From the NCBI GenBank assembly GCA_020348925.1, contig CP070758.1, positions 4,107,688 to 4,171,687 on the forward strand: a DNA stretch of 64,000 nucleotides, given 5' to 3'. Made by a program: the position numbers and the translations under genes. The DNA comes from Gemmatimonadota bacterium. Its GTDB lineage: Bacteria > JBHIER01 > G020348925. Below, one piece after another: positions 58,191 to 64,000 of this stretch (its first letter is position 1; each line of letters begins with the position of its first letter). Below the pieces are notes generated by a model that did no database searches, was not told the origin of the DNA, and was given only the letters and a program-made list of their open reading frames with translations.

Positions 58191-58355
58191 ACTTTCTCCT
58201 TAATAGAATTTGCGGCTCTTCACACTTCCGATATGGATATAAAACTCTATACTGCGTTATAATAAAACAGAATGTCCAATGAAGCTCTATGATTCTCTCA
58301 TAGGTTTATACCAAGACTGTCCTTATTAGACACACTCACGATTGATGTGTTTCGA

Positions 58356-59108
58356 TCAGTTTCCCCAGTATTCAAACCACTCGCTGATGTGAGGAAAAGC
58401 TAAGAAAAAGGCTAAAACAAGAAATCCGCAACACGCGACAGCAGGCAGACTGTACGCCAGTAAAGCTCTTCCAGTCGAAATTTCATGGGCCTCTCTGACG
58501 CCAATGATGTTGAGCAATGTGTTCCACAGCCATGCCCCGAGCCACCCGCAAAACGGTATGATGTTGAAAAGATTTGCCCCGGCCGCATAGCAGATAACCC
58601 GAAACGTTGCTTCGAAATCGCGCCGCGCACCACCGACGATGAAAAGACACAGGTGCAGAATTGCGGCAGTTATAAAATAGCCCATGATGATAAACACAGG
58701 CGACAGGAGAGCACCAATTACAAGGGCTACCATACCCATACTCAAACCCATCGCCTCCAATTGATCGTACCTCTCGCCGAAAGTACCCATCATCATGAAT
58801 ATCCCCTGCCAAAAGAGGCTGAAGAGAACCGCAATCTCCCCTACAATGAAACCGTACAGTAAAGGTCCTCCGTAACCGCCTTTTAACGGCATGGCGGCAA
58901 AGAATTTCGTCGGACGGAAGATCGACTCTACCCACGTCTCGAACAGAGCCCGAAAGAAACCTCTATTGGCGCGATCGTCCCATGGAGAATATCCGTGGCT
59001 TTCCTCACGGATATCGCCACTTTTGAGGCTCCTTCCGCAGAATGTGCAAAATTGAACGTTCTCCCAATTCTCAATTGCTTTTCCACAACTCGGACAATTC
59101 ATATTCAT
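58356..59108 (-). CDS. Zinc-ribbon YIP1-family membrane protein, paralog 1
   Basis: CPSCG..CTFCG; SPWDDR; FEATFRVICYA. Confidence 0.8.
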   Translation of the reverse strand: MNMNCPSCGKAIENWENVQFCTFCGRSLKSGDIREESHGYSPWDDRANRGFFRALFETWVESIFRPTKFFAAMPLKGGYGGPLLYGFIVGEIAVLFSLFWQGIFMMMGTFGERYDQLEAMGLSMGMVALVIGALLSPVFIIMGYFITAAILHLCLFIVGGARRDFEATFRVICYAAGANLFNIIPFCGWLGAWLWNTLLNIIGVREAHEISTGRALLAYSLPAVACCGFLVLAFFLAFPHISEWFEYWGN

Positions 59109-59180
59109 AAGATTCCTTTCATCAGGTGTTATCGCGTATCCCTGCGAATTCGCTCAGAACGGGAACGACAATGGCACATC

Positions 59181-61874
59181 CTAATGTGCTTCGTACCAAT
59201 TGTTACCAACCCCAAGATCCACCTTCACAGGAATCGAAAGGGTTATGGCCTCCTCCATCTCCTTCTTAATAATCTCTGAGGCCACGTCCAATTCAGCCAC
59301 CGGTACTTCGAAAACAAGTTCATCGTGAACCTGCATGATCATTTTCGTCTTCAGTCTCTTCTTCGTCACAACATCCGCAATATTTATCATCGCCACCTTG
59401 ATGAGATCCGCGGCTGTGCCCTGAATAGGAGTATTGATGGCCGTCCGCTCGGCAAATTCGCGCCTGCGCCGATCCTCCGAATTAATCTCAGGAAGATAGC
59501 GGCGACGGTTCAGTAAGGTCGTAACATACCCCAGCCCTTTGGCCTTTTGGACAGTCGTGAATGTGTAATCCCGAACGCCGGGATAGCGCTCAAAATAGCC
59601 GTCAATGAAAGCCCGTGCCTCCTGCGGATCCATCTCCAACTGCTGGGCCAATCCATAAGGCCCCATACCGTACATGATGCCGAAATTGACGACCTTGGCC
59701 TGACGGCGGTGATCCGGTGTAACTTCCTCGGGATCGATATCGAAAACCAAGGCCGCCGTCCGCCGATGGACGTCCTCGTCATCCAAAAAGGACCGGCGTA
59801 ACGTTTGATCTCCGGAAAGATGGGCCATGATGCGGAGTTCGATCTGCGAATAGTCCGCCGACAGTATGACGTGCTCGGAGTCGGCAGGGACAAACGCCTT
59901 TCGGATCTCCCGGCCGATCTCCGTCCGGACAGGAATGTTTTGGAGATTGGGATCGGAACTGGAAAGCCTTCCCGTCGCCGTGACCGTTTGGTTGAACGAG
60001 GTGTGGATCCGCCCTGTTTCAGGATGAACCAAAAGTGGAAGGGCATCAACGTACGTGGATTTCAGTTTCATCAACTGTCGATAGTCCAATATTCTCTTGG
60101 GCAGCTCGTGCTCTTTGGCCAGCTCCTCCAGAACACTCACGTCAGTCGAAGGGCCCGTCTTCGTTCTTCGCACGATGGGGAGATTCAGCTTCTCAAAAAG
60201 AATGACGGCCAATTGCTTTGGTGAGTTGATATTGAATTGCCCCTCGGCCAATGAATAAATTTCCTCGGCCAATCCCTTCAGATCATGCTCCAGTCTGTCC
60301 GACATCGACTCAAGAAATGCGACATCAATAGAAACCCCATTCATCTCTATTTTCGCCAGGACGGATACGAGGGGCATCTCAACGGTACGGAACAGGTCAT
60401 CCAATTCCAGGCTCCTCAGTTTCGGTTCGAAGAGCTTCCGCAACTGGAGGGTAATGTCGGCGTCCTCACAAGCGTATTCCGCCGCCTTCGAGACAGGGAC
60501 ATCGGCCATACTGATCTGTTTCTTGCCGGTCCCGATGAGATCGCTGATGGGAATCATTTTATGATTGAGGTTCTCGAGACTGAGCGTCTCAAGGTTATGT
60601 TGCCTGCCCGAAGGGTTCAGCAAGTAGGAGGCCACCATGGTATCGAAGTCGATCCCTCGAAGATGAATACCGGCTCGAGACAGTACAATCATATCATATT
60701 TAATATTCTGCCCACATTTTTGAATGCCTGGATCTTCGAGGAGTGGTCTCAATGCATCCAACGTGCGTGCGAGATCCATAGTTCTTCCCGTTGAATGGCC
60801 CACGGGAATATAGAAAGCTTCGTGAGGTGAATGGGCCAGGGACAAACCGACGATATCCGCCAGCATCGGATTCTGACTCGTCGTCTCCAAGTCAATGGTG
60901 AACCTTCCTTTTTCTTGAAGTACACCTGCAAGACTATCGAGTTCGGACTGTTCATGAATGGTATGATACTGTGTTTCCTGCGCGGGAGCCTGCGGAGTTA
61001 TTTCCTGGAGAAGCTTGGTGAATTCAAGATCCTTGAAAAGCACGGTGAGCTTCTCGATATCCCATGCTTTCAAGGAGAGCTCATCAGGGCCAATCTCCAG
61101 TGGAACGTCGGTCTCGATGGTCACCAACTGTTTCGACAGGCGGGCTTTATCTTGGTTTTCAAGAAGACGCTGACGAACGTTTTTTCGAGGTATCTCCTCG
61201 GCATGATCCAAAACCCCCTCCAGAGATCCGTATTTTTGAATCAACGCAATGGCTGTCTTTTCACCGATCCCCGGCACACCGGGCACATTGTCCGATTGAT
61301 CGCCCATGAGGCCGAGCACATCGACCATCTTCTCCGGCCCCACTCCAAATTTCTCTTTGACCACATCCTCGTCGATGATTTCACTTTCCTCACCGCTCCT
61401 CTTGGGATTGAGCACTGTGATATCGGCGTCGATCAACTGCATAAAGTCCTTGTCCCCTGTGACGAGTATCGTTTCCATGCCTTGCTCCTTGGCCATCCTG
61501 GCCAGGGTTCCCATCACATCGTCGGCCTCGAATCCCTCCTTCTCAAGTACGGGCAGCCGCATGGCCTCAATAACCTCCCGAATTCGCGGCAACTGGTCCC
61601 GCATGTCATCCGGCATCTTTTCCCGGGTTGCCTTGTATTCGGCATATTGTTCGTGCCGAAACGTGGGGGCGGCCGTGTCGAACACCACGGCCAGGTAATC
61701 CGGCTTCTCGTCTTTCAGCAAACGCATGACGGCGTTCGTGAAGCCGAAGACGGCGCTGGTATTCTCCCCTTTGGATGAGATGAGCGGATTTCGAATGAAG
61801 GCAAAATAGGAGCGGTAGGCCAGGGCCGAACCGTCAATAAGGAAAAGCCTCTTTTTACTCACTGTATTATCCAT
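59181..61874 (-). CDS. polA: DNA polymerase I
   Basis: 5'-3' exonuclease (LIDGS..AYR, EADD), 3'-5' exonuclease, DYSQIELR, AK.VNFG, QVHDE. Confidence 0.98.
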   Translation of the reverse strand: MDNTVSKKRLFLIDGSALAYRSYFAFIRNPLISSKGENTSAVFGFTNAVMRLLKDEKPDYLAVVFDTAAPTFRHEQYAEYKATREKMPDDMRDQLPRIREVIEAMRLPVLEKEGFEADDVMGTLARMAKEQGMETILVTGDKDFMQLIDADITVLNPKRSGEESEIIDEDVVKEKFGVGPEKMVDVLGLMGDQSDNVPGVPGIGEKTAIALIQKYGSLEGVLDHAEEIPRKNVRQRLLENQDKARLSKQLVTIETDVPLEIGPDELSLKAWDIEKLTVLFKDLEFTKLLQEITPQAPAQETQYHTIHEQSELDSLAGVLQEKGRFTIDLETTSQNPMLADIVGLSLAHSPHEAFYIPVGHSTGRTMDLARTLDALRPLLEDPGIQKCGQNIKYDMIVLSRAGIHLRGIDFDTMVASYLLNPSGRQHNLETLSLENLNHKMIPISDLIGTGKKQISMADVPVSKAAEYACEDADITLQLRKLFEPKLRSLELDDLFRTVEMPLVSVLAKIEMNGVSIDVAFLESMSDRLEHDLKGLAEEIYSLAEGQFNINSPKQLAVILFEKLNLPIVRRTKTGPSTDVSVLEELAKEHELPKRILDYRQLMKLKSTYVDALPLLVHPETGRIHTSFNQTVTATGRLSSSDPNLQNIPVRTEIGREIRKAFVPADSEHVILSADYSQIELRIMAHLSGDQTLRRSFLDDEDVHRRTAALVFDIDPEEVTPDHRRQAKVVNFGIMYGMGPYGLAQQLEMDPQEARAFIDGYFERYPGVRDYTFTTVQKAKGLGYVTTLLNRRRYLPEINSEDRRRREFAERTAINTPIQGTAADLIKVAMINIADVVTKKRLKTKMIMQVHDELVFEVPVAELDVASEIIKKEMEEAITLSIPVKVDLGVGNNWYEAH

Positions 61875-61911
61875 GGTTCGAGACAAGAATTCGTATCACT
61901 TCTTCGCCGTT

Positions 61912-61940
61912 ATTATAACTTAAAATCTGTTGCCAGGCAA
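61912..61940 (-). promoter_or_regulatory. sigma70-type promoter for polA
   Basis: TTGCCT-17 nt-TATAAT on the minus strand. Confidence 0.6.
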
Positions 61941-61979
61941 CTCTTTTTCTGAAAAATAATGAACGGCGGAGCCAATTTG

Positions 61980-62014
61980 AAAAAAACCGCCGGAGAAAGA
62001 ACATCCCGGCGGTT
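61980..62014 (-). terminator. Intrinsic terminator after ahcY
   Basis: AACCGCCGG-loop-CCGGCGGTTTTTTT on the minus strand. Confidence 0.75.
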
Positions 62015-62060
62015 CTGGAATTTTGACCTTTGAATTTCTGATTTGAAGTTTTGAATTTCC

Positions 62061-63329
<1,269 letters not shown>

Positions 63330-64000
63330 TTATAATCCCTTCTTAAGATCAGCAACCTTATCCCGCGCTTCCCAGGTAAAATCCTCTTCCTCGCGGCCGA
63401 AATGGCCGTAGACTGCAGTCTTCTTGAAGATCGGCCGCTTCAGTTTGAGATGCTCAATCATTCCTCTGGGAGTAAAATCGAAATGTTCCCTGATCAATTT
63501 CTCAATCTTCTTATCGGAAATCGTCCCAGTCCCCTGCGAATCGACCATAATCGACACGGGTTCGGTGACACCGATGCAATAACCAAGCTGAATCTCGCAC
63601 CTCTCGGCCAAACCCGCCGCAACGACATTCTTGGCCGCATACCGTGCCATGTAGGAACCGGAGCGATCAACCTTCGTCGGATCCTTTCCGGAGAAGCAGC
63701 CCCCGCCGTGACTCCCGACGCCACCGTATGTATCGACGATGATCTTTCGACCCGTTAAACCGGTATCAGCCATGGGACCCCCAATAACAAACCTTCCCGT
63801 CGCGTTAATATGATAGACCACGTTCTTTCTGTCGACAAGATGCTCGGGAATAATGGGCAGGATCACCGTTTCTATGATATCGCTTTTCAGTTTCTTGACA
63901 TCGACATCAGGATCATGGTGCGCACCTATGACCACCGTATCCACACGCACAGGTTTTCCCTCCCGATATTCTACGGTTACTTGCGTTTTTCCATCGGGTC
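63330..64000 (-). CDS. metK: S-adenosylmethionine synthetase, 5'-truncated
   Basis: [45 protein letters not shown]. Confidence 0.98.
   Translation of the reverse strand, partial: PDGKTQVTVEYREGKPVRVDTVVIGAHHDPDVDVKKLKSDIIETVILPIIPEHLVDRKNVVYHINATGRFVIGGPMADTGLTGRKIIVDTYGGVGSHGGGCFSGKDPTKVDRSGSYMARYAAKNVVAAGLAERCEIQLGYCIGVTEPVSIMVDSQGTGTISDKKIEKLIREHFDFTPRGMIEHLKLKRPIFKKTAVYGHFGREEEDFTWEARDKVADLKKGL

Overview
64-kb bacterial window, probably a metagenome scaffold (100-N gap at 25161-25260) from an anaerobe of the FCB/KSB1-like type. That taxonomy is inferred only from a T9SS-like C-terminal domain, a dockerin-type domain and Hdr genes. Left arm (1-25 kb): outer-membrane/lipoprotein operon, 1502-aa sensor kinase, PDZ protein, C69 dipeptidase, gpmA, class I aldolase, RidA, and a signalling module (tandem double Ser/Thr kinase-PEGA, NHL-repeat protein, divergent GAF-PP2C phosphatase). 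After the gap lies a heterodisulfide-reductase-like cluster (CCG protein, split HdrA, MvhD, split HdrL). HdrA and MvhD each carry an in-frame UGA at a conserved Cys position followed by a SECIS-like hairpin, consistent with selenocysteine. A third hidden selenoprotein candidate (CMD/AhpD-like, CxxU) lies at 50.3-50.5 kb. An AT-rich four-helix-bundle gene sits between hdrA and mvhD, bracketed by mutually complementary 7-nt-period arrays (AGAT.../ATCT...), and looks like a self-contained intervening element. The 35-52 kb accessory region holds fusion hydrolases, HicAB, a MerB-like gene and many small palindromic repeats, some nested. Right end: tricorn protease, DUF2752, three tandem zinc-ribbon YIP1 paralogs, polA, ahcY and partial metK. 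No rRNA, tRNA or CRISPR array was recognised.
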